Virus record (IMG/VR): IMGVR_UViG_3300036800_000311
Coordinates: 41,538 to 105,537 of that record
DNA: 64,000 nt
Source of the DNA: a virus
Direction: 5' to 3' (one strand)
Shown: in pieces, positions 30,250 through 39,584 of the stretch
How positions within the stretch are numbered: the first letter of the stretch is position 1
Layout: each line of letters opens with the position of its first letter
Notes under the pieces: generated by a model
What the model was told of the DNA's origin: nothing
What the model saw: only the letters and a program-made list of their open reading frames with translations
Database searches by the model: none
Program-made: the position numbers and the translations under genes

Positions 30250-31057
30250 CTGGACGGACGCACGCCTCCTCGGGTTCGACCTGGAGACGACCTCCGTTGA
30301 TCCCGAAGCGGCGCGCGTCGTATCGGTCGCCTGCGTCGCGGTCGGCGGAGGACTGGAGACGGACGGCTGGCACGAGATCGTCGACCCGGGGGTGGAGATC
30401 CCGGAGGAGGCGACGGGGGTCCACGGGATCACGACGGAGCGCGCCCGCGCGGAGGGCCTACCCCTCGTCGTCGTCCTTCCCCGGATCCTCGCCTCGTTCC
30501 GGGAGGCGCAGGCGGGCGGCTGGCCGGTCGTGATGCACAACGCCCGCTACGACCTCACGGTCCTCGATCGTGAACTCCGGCGGGGCGGGATGGCCGAGCA
30601 GGCCGCGATCGTCGAGGAGGTCCTCGTCGTAGACCCGATCATCATCGATCGACACCTGGATCGTTACCGGCCGAAGCGCGTGGCGTCTCACTCCCTGGAG
30701 GACGCCTGCCGGGTCTGGAACGCTCCGCTCGACGGCGTCCACGACGCGACGTTCGACGCTCTCGCTGCGTGCCGCCTGGCGTGGCGGCTCTGCCGGAGCG
30801 GCCGAGTAATCCGTCGAGCGCGGAACTCCGCGGAGCGCTACGAGCTGGAGGGCCTGGAGGCGGACTGGGATCGCGTCCGCGGGGATCTCGTCGCCCTCTA
30901 CGCTTGGCAGCGGGAGGTCGCGGCGGCGGACGCGGAGCGGCTGGAGGCTTACTTCCGGGCGGGCGATCCGCGGAAGGACGTTCCTGCGCAGCCTGATCGG
31001 GTCGTTCTGCGTGAGTGGCCCGTCGTACCGTTTCGTGACGAGGTGCCGAGCGCATGA
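30242..31057 (+). CDS. DEDDh 3'-5' exonuclease (DnaQ-like)
   Basis: FDLETT, VHGIT, HNARYD, HDATFDA. Confidence 0.9.
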   Translation: MPDWTDARLLGFDLETTSVDPEAARVVSVACVAVGGGLETDGWHEIVDPGVEIPEEATGVHGITTERARAEGLPLVVVLPRILASFREAQAGGWPVVMHNARYDLTVLDRELRRGGMAEQAAIVEEVLVVDPIIIDRHLDRYRPKRVASHSLEDACRVWNAPLDGVHDATFDALAACRLAWRLCRSGRVIRRARNSAERYELEGLEADWDRVRGDLVALYAWQREVAAADAERLEAYFRAGDPRKDVPAQPDRVVLREWPVVPFRDEVPSA

Positions 31058-32606
31058 ATCCCTGGCGTCGCCTCGACCTCATATCCCGCCTGGAGCTTCT
31101 CCGCGCGGAGATCTGGACGGCCCCGGGGTGAGCGGTCCTCCGCGCACTCGCCGGTCTGGGCGTGGTACACGAACCCGACGTGACGCAGGAGATGCTGGAC
31201 GTGCTCCACTCGGAGGGCGCCGACTTCGACACGTTCTCGCAGCTCTCGCGTCCGGGCGCGGTCGAGGCGCTGGATCGCCACGGTCCGGCGCTGACCCTCG
31301 GGATGATGTCTGCGGAGGCGCACGCGACGATCTCGCCGGAGGAGATGCACGCCGTGATGAACATGGACCGTCCGAAGCGGCAGGAGTTGATGGAGCGGAT
31401 CCTGGCTGTCCGGGGCGCGGCGCTGTGAGCGGACGTCGTAAGACTCGGACGGAGCGCTGGCGAGATCGTCTGCTCGCCTGGCGATGGACGCATTACCGAT
31501 GGAGCATCATCTGGTGGTCGCGCTGCTGGCGCTGGTCATTGGTCAAGCGCGGCGTGTTGCCGCTGCCGAGGCCGGAGGCGGGGTCACCCCCGTTGCGCCT
31601 GGGCGACATACGGCTACTTCGCCGTCGAGACACGAGCGAGTGGGACGATCGCCTCCTCCTCGAGGACGTTTGGTTTAGTGTCTGGTTGGAGCGAGGCGGG
31701 CGCGTAGGATGAGTTTCCACCTGGGCGCCGTCGAAGGCCATCGTCCCGCCCGCGGAGCGGGACCTCCGCGAGGAGTACGCACACTGCTGCGCGGGAGCGG
31801 CGATGTTCGGTCGCGCCCACTGCACGTGCTGGGAGCCGATCTACGACCTAGAGCAGGCTCCGCTCGCGGACGGCGGCGTTCCGCCCGAGGAGATCCCGAC
31901 GCGAACGAAGTGCTGCGCGGACTGCGCCTATCGCATCGGATCCCCCGAGCGGGCGGACGAGCACGAGGAGGACGACCTCCTCTCGAAGGCTTGGGACCTG
32001 CGCTCGGAGTTCTGGTGCCATCAGGGCGTCCGCCGAGTGGTCGCGTTCCGTCACCCCGATGGCCGAGAGTTACCAGCCGGTGACGGCGACTATCGCCCGC
32101 CCGTCGGTCCCGAGGGTCGACCGGTCGTATGGAGGGCAGACGGAACCGTTGGTGAGCGCTGCGCGGGTTGGGCGGCGCTGAGGGGCGCGGCGATGGTTGA
32201 GGTGGACCCGTGATCCTCGCGACCTTCCCGTCGAAGTGCCCGGACTGCGGCGAGGAGATCCGCGAGGGCGAGGAGGTCGGCCTGGTCGACGACGAGTGGG
32301 TCTGCGCTGCGTGCGTCGCCGACGCGGGCGGCGAGGACGACGAGTTCGATGACTGACCGCGCGCTAGCCTACGGCGATGACTGACGTGTCGGGCCTCCGC
32401 AGGCGCATCCACGAAGTCGTCACGGTAGAGGCGTTCGAGCCTCGCCCATCTTCGCCCCACCCGGACGACCCCGAGCGTCCCACCTGGGTCTGCCCGCTCT
32501 GTGCGGCCCTGACCGAGGAACGCGAGATGCACGTCCGCTGGCACGACTCCGTTGCTGTGTCGATGGAGAGGGCCGACGATGTCTACTGGTGGAGCCTGTC
32601 GCGCGG

Positions 32607-33329
32607 ATGAAGCGCGGCGAGCCCCTTCGGTCCTCGGACCGCAAGCGTCCGCTCCTCGGGAAGGCGATCCCGGCGGACGGACGACCGAAGGCCCGCCGGA
32701 TCGTCGTCCTCGCGCCCGCGGACACCGATCCCCGCGTTCGCGCCCGGAAGCCGCTCCTCGGCAAGGCCATCCCGATCGAGGGTCGCTCTGGGGCCTCCCT
32801 AGCGTCCGCTACGTCCCGGCGGGGCCTCGGGGCGGGTAAACCCCCGCGTCAGGTCCGCGCGGACGCCACGTTCCGCGAGGTGGTCTCCCAGGGTCCCTGC
32901 GCGATCTGCGGCACGACCCGGCGTCGGAGGGAGGCGCACCACCTTCTCGCGCAGGAGCACATACGGACCTGGGTCGCGTCGCTGCGCATGGGCGACGAGA
33001 GGGCGGAGCGGAACCTCCTCCGCCGACTACTCTCCGACCCCCGGAACGGCATCGCGGCCTGTCCTACCTGCCACCAGCGGGTCGAGGGCCGCTCCGTCCC
33101 GCTGGCCCGCTCGAAGGTTCCGCCGACGGCGTTCGCGTTCGCGGCGGAGCTCGGAGAGTGGGCAGTCGTGAGACTGGAGCGCGAGTACCCAGATATCCCC
33201 CAGAGAGGGGCGGAAGCAATGACGACCACCGAAGACCCCCCAGGCCCGAGGATGAGTCGAGAGGCGCCGGGAAGACCCGCCGTGAGCGGGACGCTGGCGA
33301 GCTCGGCCGGGCGGCCGGAGCCCCGATGA
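32607..33329 (+). CDS. HNH-like endonuclease with a duplicated N-terminal PLLGKAIP motif
   Basis: CAICG...EAHH...NGIAACPTCHQ. Direct repeat at about 32649-32671 and 32751-32773. The C-terminal tail may be read-through. Confidence 0.7.
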   Translation: MKRGEPLRSSDRKRPLLGKAIPADGRPKARRIVVLAPADTDPRVRARKPLLGKAIPIEGRSGASLASATSRRGLGAGKPPRQVRADATFREVVSQGPCAICGTTRRRREAHHLLAQEHIRTWVASLRMGDERAERNLLRRLLSDPRNGIAACPTCHQRVEGRSVPLARSKVPPTAFAFAAELGEWAVVRLEREYPDIPQRGAEAMTTTEDPPGPRMSREAPGRPAVSGTLASSAGRPEPR

Positions 33330-33447
33330 CCGGCCAGCGCCGAAGGGATCCTCGACGTGGACCGAGCGGACGCTCCGTTACGCGAGTAGCACCTCCGCGT
33401 CGCTCACGGCGGCGCGGGGTCCTGAACCCAACCAGCGGAGGAGAAGC

Positions 33448-33954
33448 ATGTCGGTAACGCAAGAGGATGAGCTGGCCGCGGCGCGCGCTCGCGCGGACTG
33501 GCCGGAGGACGAGTCGGCGGAGTCCGTCGCGGATCGCGCGGCGAACGACGACGGAGAGCCGACCCAGGAGGAGATGTTCCCGAAGGGCGTCCTGGAGGGC
33601 GACAACAAGGTCACCCTCGCGAAGTTGATCCGCGCGAACGAGTCCGTCGAGGTGACGGCCTCGCTGATGTCGGCGGAGGTCCCGCTCCGCGGCGGCCTCG
33701 TCGACCCGCGGAGGGAGGGGAAGGTCGTCGTCTCCTACGAGGCGGCCCGGTACATCCCCGTCCCGCAGCGGGAGGGCGAGCCGGGCGACAAGAAGGTCAA
33801 GGGCTGGAAGGTCCGCTGCCAGCTCCGGCCGACGTACGTCGAGCCCGCGGACGCCTACTACTCCGAGGAGGACGTACTGATGATCCTCGAGCGGGCGGGT
33901 ATTCCGCGGACGGCGGACGTCATCCCGGAGCTGCTCGGGAAGAAGGCGGCGTAG
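33448..33954 (+). CDS. Hypothetical phage protein
   Basis: SD GGAGGAG; 168 aa with typical codon usage. Confidence 0.7.
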   Translation: MSVTQEDELAAARARADWPEDESAESVADRAANDDGEPTQEEMFPKGVLEGDNKVTLAKLIRANESVEVTASLMSAEVPLRGGLVDPRREGKVVVSYEAARYIPVPQREGEPGDKKVKGWKVRCQLRPTYVEPADAYYSEEDVLMILERAGIPRTADVIPELLGKKAA

Positions 33955-34301
33955 GATGACCGCGCGACCCCGAGTCGCCGGTGCTCAAGGGGGCGACTCG
34001 GGGGCGGCGATCAGCGCGAGAGGAGAGAGATTCTCGCGTCTGTAATCGTAGCGTCAGGCGCGGCGCGCGGGCCGCCTAGCGCGTTCGCCCGGAAGGTAGT
34101 AGGGTTAGCCCCACGGACTGGTCACGGACGCAGGGACGTGGGGGGTTCGGAGAGAGACATAGTCATTCGATCCCTCGGCCCACCGGGGGGGCCGTAGGAC
34201 GACCGTTAGGAGAGAGACATGAGGATGGGGATTCGTTGGGGTCGTAGCTCGCTGTCGCCGTTACCCAGGTGTCTGGGGGTAGGCTCGGCCTCACCCGGGG
34301 C

Positions 34302-35012
34302 GTGAGCGCCCCCAAGCTGGCGATCCACGACGGACGGCAACTGGCCGACGTCCAGGTCGCCAGGTCCGCGCTCTCGGTCATCGGCGAGCGCATACCGAGG
34401 GGTCGCGTCTCGGCGACCCGCTCCGTCTTCCTGGCGCTGCTGGAGGCCGCGGGGGAGGCGACGCCCTGGACCCGGAGGGCGATCGCGGATCGCGCCGGGG
34501 TCGGGACGGGCCTGGTCAAGGACGCAGTCGAGGCCCTGGAGGTACTCGGGCTCCTGCGCGTCCTCGTCGATGGGTCCTGGCAGTTGGTGACCCCGTCCGC
34601 CGAGGCCCCGCCGCTGCCGGAGGTGGAGCTCAAGGGTGGCCCGCTGGACGGCGTCGACCCGGAGCTGCGGGCGCGGGCGGAGAAGTTCTACGTCGTCCAC
34701 GTCGGCCGGGTCGAGCAGATCCGCGGCGGCCGTCCCGCGAGGACGGACCTCGTTCTCGCGGCCGCGGTCAGGATCCTCCGGAAGGAGCCGAACCCCCACG
34801 AGATCCTCGCTCGCCTGGACTGGGCTCTGGGTCAGCGCTTCTACGCGGACAAGGTCCTCTCCCTTGGGGACTTCGAGCGCTGGTACGGACGGATCAGCGC
34901 GGCGTACCTCGCGGACAAGGCCACGGAGAAGAGGGCTCCGAGGGAGCGCGAGGTCGTCCCGTTTCGGCCTCACGGCTCTTACGAGTCCGAGCGGCTGGAG
35001 GTCCGCGCATGA
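34302..35012 (+). CDS. Putative replication initiator (winged-HTH-like)
   Basis: TRRAIADRAGVGTGLVKDAVEALEVLGLL HTH; ATGA-coupled to dnaB. Confidence 0.6.
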   Translation: MSAPKLAIHDGRQLADVQVARSALSVIGERIPRGRVSATRSVFLALLEAAGEATPWTRRAIADRAGVGTGLVKDAVEALEVLGLLRVLVDGSWQLVTPSAEAPPLPEVELKGGPLDGVDPELRARAEKFYVVHVGRVEQIRGGRPARTDLVLAAAVRILRKEPNPHEILARLDWALGQRFYADKVLSLGDFERWYGRISAAYLADKATEKRAPREREVVPFRPHGSYESERLEVRA

Positions 35013-37513
35013 CGGAGACGATCGCCGTGGACGGGGACGCCGAGAGGGCCGTCCTGGGGGCGCTCATGATCATGGGCGACGCGCGGTACGTCGCGGGACT
35101 CGCGACGCGCGGCCTTCGCGCGGAGGATTTCTACTACCAGCAGCACGGGGTGGTGTTCACGGGGATGGTCTCCCTCTCCGACCGGCAGGCCGCGATCGAC
35201 ACGATCACGGTCGCGGGGGAGCTAGATCGCCTGGGTCTCCGAGGGATCGTCACCCGCGGGCAGATAGACGAGCTGACGGGCTACGTTCCGGCGGCCGGGA
35301 ACTATCGAGACTACGCCGACCGCGTGATGGATCTGGCCCGCTGGCGTGGTCGCAAGCGGGCCGCGCAGGCCATGTCCGAAGCGATCGAGCGCCGTGACTC
35401 GACGGCCTGGCTTCGGGCTCGGTCCGACCTCGACTCCGCGACGGCGGGGACGAGAACGGAGTCGCTCTCCCCGGAGCAGTGGGGCGCGACCCTGTTCGAC
35501 TTCTTCTCCGCCAGCGAGGAGGAGGCGAACGCCTACGCGATACCACTTCCCTTCGCGCGGCTGAGCGACGCCCTCGGCGGGGGCCTCTGGCCGGGGGAGG
35601 TGTTCGCCCTCTCCGGACCCACGAGCCACGGGAAGGCTCTCGCCCTTACGACCCCGATCCTCACACCCGTCGGCTGGTCAACGATGGGCGATCTGAGGGT
35701 AGGCGACGAGGTCTTTGGGGCCGACGGTCGTCCTACTCGGGTCGCTATTACCCACCCCGTCCTACTCGGATCCGACTGCTACGAGGTAAGGTTCTCAGAC
35801 GGCGCGACTCTCGTCGCCGACGCGGACCACCTCTGGCGGTACGAGGTAGGCGAGCGGGTTCACGTCGACTATCGCCGTGAGGGTGGCGTCCGCGTTAGGG
35901 ATCGGATCCAGCACCACGTCGAGGTCATCGACTCGACGGTCGCGTTGGGGGCGGCGATCGAGGCCACGTCGCGATCTCCTCGCGTTCGACTCGGCGCTCC
36001 CCTCGAACGGCCGACGGCTACGGACCTGCCGATCGACCCTTACGTCTTAGGGGTTTGGCTCGGGGATGGCGCTTCGCGTACGGGGAATGTTACGAGTCAC
36101 GTCGACGACGTGGAAGAGATCGCGTCGTATCTTCGAGCGGTCGGAGAGGCCCCGATCGTTAGTTGCTACCCAGGGCGCGCCGCGGGGATTCGCCTACCTG
36201 CCCCTCGTCCCGACCTCTGCGCACGAGGCCACGTACGACGAGGACGCTGGAATCGTTGCGACGAATGTCGCCGAGCGCGCTATCGCGGAGAGGAGGAGTC
36301 GGACGCCTGGAACGTGCCACTCGTTACGCGCCTAACTCGTATGGATCTCGCGTATCCCAACCCGAAGCGGATCCCCGAGGAATACCTATCAGCCTCCAGG
36401 GACCAGCGTCTCGCGCTCCTCCAGGGCCTGGTCGATACGGACGGTTCGGTCGACCGATACGGCGGCGTAGAGTTCTGCTCGATCTCTCGACGCTTGACCG
36501 AGCAGGTTATCGACCTCATCCTATCCCTCGGCGCGTCGCCCCGGCTATACGAGAAGTCGCTCGTCGCGGGGAAGCGCGGGACCGATCGGGCGTGGCGGGT
36601 GTTCTTCCGCATGGAGTTACCAGCGGCGCGTCTCGCTCGGAAGCGCGAGAGGTTTCGAGCGCTGAACGACCGAAAGCGCTATCGCTACGTCAAGTCGGTG
36701 ACGCTCGTCGAGTCGATTCCTGTCCGCTGTATTACAGTCAAGGCCGAGGACGGTATGTTCCTCGCTGGACGGTCGCTCGTCCCGACGCATAACTCCATCG
36801 TCGCCGACATGTGGCTCGATCACGCTGCGGATCGCGGCAAGGCGTGCCACCTGTACATGACGGAGATGACGGCGATCTCCCGCGGTCTTCGCTACCTCGC
36901 CCGGCGGACAGGCGTGCCGTTCATGCGGCAGCGTCGACGAGCGTTGACGGATCAGGACCGCTCGAAGATCCTCGCGGAACTCGGGCGGATGCCGTACGGC
37001 TGTACGGTCGCGGCGGACTGGTCCATCGACGACGTCGTCCGCGACGCGCTCCGGGCGCGCTACGACTTCGTCGTCGTTGACCTGCTCCACGGCTTCCACT
37101 ACGAGGACGAGCGTGGCCTGGACAAGTTGTCCAAGGCGATGCAGCGCCTCGCCCACGTCTCGACGACGATCGACGGACACAACGGGACCGCCGTCCTGGC
37201 GCTGACTCACCTCAAGGAGGAGGGACTCGTCAAGGGGAAGGTCCCGAAGCCGACGATCACGTCGATCAAGGGCGGGTCGTCGATCAAGCAGGACGCGGAG
37301 TTCGTCGGGTTCGTCTGGCAGGATCAGGACGACAGTGGCGCGCTGACCGGCGAGGCGGAGGTGTGGATCCCGAAGGGGCGCACGGGCCAGCTGGAGCGCC
37401 TGGAGGTCCGCCTGAACCCCTCGCGCTTCCGATTCGACTTGCGACAGGACGAGCTGGGACCCGAGGGGTCTCCAGCCGCGGAGAAATCGACCGGTACGGA
37501 CATACCGTTCTAG
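35009..37513 (+). CDS. dnaB: DnaB-like replicative helicase interrupted by an intein
   Basis: N-domain AERAVLGAL...EDFY...IDTITV; Walker A GPTSHGK|S split by the intein; TEM, VVVD, IKGGSSIKQDA, KGRTG. Confidence 0.93.
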   Translation: MTETIAVDGDAERAVLGALMIMGDARYVAGLATRGLRAEDFYYQQHGVVFTGMVSLSDRQAAIDTITVAGELDRLGLRGIVTRGQIDELTGYVPAAGNYRDYADRVMDLARWRGRKRAAQAMSEAIERRDSTAWLRARSDLDSATAGTRTESLSPEQWGATLFDFFSASEEEANAYAIPLPFARLSDALGGGLWPGEVFALSGPTSHGKALALTTPILTPVGWSTMGDLRVGDEVFGADGRPTRVAITHPVLLGSDCYEVRFSDGATLVADADHLWRYEVGERVHVDYRREGGVRVRDRIQHHVEVIDSTVALGAAIEATSRSPRVRLGAPLERPTATDLPIDPYVLGVWLGDGASRTGNVTSHVDDVEEIASYLRAVGEAPIVSCYPGRAAGIRLPAPRPDLCARGHVRRGRWNRCDECRRARYRGEEESDAWNVPLVTRLTRMDLAYPNPKRIPEEYLSASRDQRLALLQGLVDTDGSVDRYGGVEFCSISRRLTEQVIDLILSLGASPRLYEKSLVAGKRGTDRAWRVFFRMELPAARLARKRERFRALNDRKRYRYVKSVTLVESIPVRCITVKAEDGMFLAGRSLVPTHNSIVADMWLDHAADRGKACHLYMTEMTAISRGLRYLARRTGVPFMRQRRRALTDQDRSKILAELGRMPYGCTVAADWSIDDVVRDALRARYDFVVVDLLHGFHYEDERGLDKLSKAMQRLAHVSTTIDGHNGTAVLALTHLKEEGLVKGKVPKPTITSIKGGSSIKQDAEFVGFVWQDQDDSGALTGEAEVWIPKGRTGQLERLEVRLNPSRFRFDLRQDELGPEGSPAAEKSTGTDIPF
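35636..36793 (+). mobile_element. Class 3 (Ala-start, WCT) intein with LAGLIDADG homing endonuclease, 386 aa
   Basis: Starts ALALTTPILTP; block B DADHLW; block F VRCITV; ends VPTHN|S; endonuclease motifs LGVWLGDG and LQGLVDTDG. Confidence 0.92.
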
Positions 37514-37526
37514 GAGGAGAGAGACG

Positions 37527-38576
37527 ATGGTCGTGTTGTTGCCACTAGACGGGGAGCGCCTGAGGGCTTGCACGCGCTGCCCGACCGTAGGGCTTTGCTC
37601 CCCGACGCCGGAGCGCTCGTCGTTCTATCCGCGCCGGACGGGGGGCGCCCTGTACGACTCGCAGTGCAAGACGTGCTCGAAGGCGATCGCGACGGCGTAC
37701 CAGCGCGAGACGGGCGCCCCGGCCGTCTACGCTCGCCGTCGGCGGGCGGCGCTCCTGGGGGACTCGGAGGCGCGGGAGGCGTTCCTGGCTCGGCAGCGCG
37801 TCTACGCCGCTCGCTCTCGTGAGCGGAACCGCGAGGAGATCCGGAGGCGCGACGCGGTGCGGCGCCGGGAGAACTCCGAGGCCATCCGCGTCGATCGTCG
37901 TCTCGCTCGGGAGAGGAAGGGCGCTCCGCTGGTCGTCCCCGCGGTCCCGAAGAACACGACGGCGGCGATCGCCTACCCGGCCGGTCCGTTCCGCGACTGG
38001 CTGCGGGGGATGATCGCGGCGGAGACGCGGAGCGGGATCCCGAACGCCCAGGCCATCGTCGGCGAGCGCTGCGGGATCTCGGACAAGAACCTCCGGGCGT
38101 GGATCAAGGACGGCGCGTACGTCGACGCGAGCTCCGTCTGGAAGAGCTGGTGCTGGGAGCGCCGCGGGGACTACCTAGACGAGATGACGATCGACCGCGC
38201 GGTCTCTGCGGAGGGGTCGCTGATGCTCTCGGACCTCTACCCGGCGGGCGCGCTCGTCGTCCGCCGGTACGCTCCGTCGAGGGATCTTCCGGTCGCGCCG
38301 ACGGAGGCGTGCTCGACCCCGGGCTGCGGCGCGGCCCGGGCGGCCGGGCGCTTCTGCGGTCCCTGCTCCGCGAGGCTGGCGGCGCTCCGCGAAGAGTTCG
38401 CCTCGGAGTCTCGGGCGATGTCCGCGGCGGGCGGCGCGACGCGGAGGCAGTCGAAGGCGAAGCGCTCGAGGACCCCGACGTGCTGTCAGAGTAACTGTTG
38501 GAACACTAGGGAGGCGGGTCAGAGGTTCTGCCCGGAGTGCATCGACGACGGCTGGACAGAGGATGTGTTCGAGTGA
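37527..38576 (+). CDS. Cys-rich zinc-finger / helical / HTH-like protein (paralog of 39581-40519)
   Basis: Multiple CxxC pairs, an Arg-rich helix, and GPFRDWL...LSDLYP. Confidence 0.65.
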   Translation: MVVLLPLDGERLRACTRCPTVGLCSPTPERSSFYPRRTGGALYDSQCKTCSKAIATAYQRETGAPAVYARRRRAALLGDSEAREAFLARQRVYAARSRERNREEIRRRDAVRRRENSEAIRVDRRLARERKGAPLVVPAVPKNTTAAIAYPAGPFRDWLRGMIAAETRSGIPNAQAIVGERCGISDKNLRAWIKDGAYVDASSVWKSWCWERRGDYLDEMTIDRAVSAEGSLMLSDLYPAGALVVRRYAPSRDLPVAPTEACSTPGCGAARAAGRFCGPCSARLAALREEFASESRAMSAAGGATRRQSKAKRSRTPTCCQSNCWNTREAGQRFCPECIDDGWTEDVFE

Positions 38577-38893
38577 GCGCTACCGGTGATCCGTACCTGG
38601 CCCAGCGCCTGGCCGCGCTGGAGCTCGCGAACCGAGCCAAGCGGGAGCGCATCGCGCTTCTGGGGAGGGGCGAGACGAAGCACCCGGCGCCGTACGTCGC
38701 GGGACTGATCGAGGCGCCGCCTGCCTGCCTGCGGACGATGATGGTCGGGAGGATCGTCCGGCGCGTAGTGGGCGTCGGCGACAGCCGCGCCAGTCGTCTC
38801 CTGGTGGGGGCGCACGTCGGCGAGCGCAGGTGCCTCGGGGACTTGACCGCCCGCGAGCGCTCGTCCCTGGCCGAGCGGCTGGTGATCCGATGA
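38573..38893 (+). CDS. Actinobacterial integration host factor (mIHF/sIHF)-like protein
   Basis: QRLAALELANRAKRERIAL...TMMVGRIV..V.GVGDSRASRLL...VGERRCLGDLTARER resembles the mIHF H2TH pattern. Confidence 0.7.
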   Translation: MSATGDPYLAQRLAALELANRAKRERIALLGRGETKHPAPYVAGLIEAPPACLRTMMVGRIVRRVVGVGDSRASRLLVGAHVGERRCLGDLTARERSSLAERLVIR

Positions 38894-39062
38894 CGGCCGC
38901 GGAGGCGGGGGCCGTCGCCGTTCGCGTCGGCATGATCGCGGAGTCCGCGACGGTCGAGGCGCTGAAGTCGCAGTCGGCCAGTCACGCCCAGGTCGCGATC
39001 GTCGTCCGTCAGGCCGTCGAGGCGGCGATCCGCGAGAACCTCACGTCGCAGGGGAGGCTGAT

Positions 39063-39584
39063 GTGATCATACGTACGCTGCGGCGTCGATTCCGCGAGGT
39101 GGAGACGCCCGAGACGGTCAAGTCCCAGACGGTTCGGGGTCGCCGCTCGCCGCGCTGGGCCGTGTGGAGCCGGATGCTTATCCCGTGCCGCGATGGCGTC
39201 CCGTACCTGTTTCGGCTGCGGATCGTCCAGACCCCCTGGTTTGGGATCTACCTCCACGACATCTACGAGGACGACGAGGACCGTGACCCCCACAACCACC
39301 CCTGGTCCTTCGCCAGCGTCGTCCTGCGCGGCTACTACGTTGAGCGAGTCTACCCCGAGCCTACCCATTCGAGCGAGTACGTCGTGCTCCGCCATCGCCG
39401 CGGGAGCGTCCATCGCATGGGCACCCGAGAGGCCCATCGGATCGTCGATGCCGCCCCAGGCCTGAAGACCCTCATCTTCGTCGGACCCCGTCAGGGCGGC
39501 TGGGGGTTCTTCTGCGAAGAGGGGTTCGTCGCCTGGGAGCGGTACGAGCATCGTCAGAAGGTCGCGTACGGAGCAAGGCCTTGA
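39063..39584 (+). CDS. Cupin-fold phage protein
   Basis: IYLH...DRDPHNHPWSFASVVLRGYYVE...HRI...TLIFVGPR..WGF. Confidence 0.75.
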   Translation: MIIRTLRRRFREVETPETVKSQTVRGRRSPRWAVWSRMLIPCRDGVPYLFRLRIVQTPWFGIYLHDIYEDDEDRDPHNHPWSFASVVLRGYYVERVYPEPTHSSEYVVLRHRRGSVHRMGTREAHRIVDAAPGLKTLIFVGPRQGGWGFFCEEGFVAWERYEHRQKVAYGARP

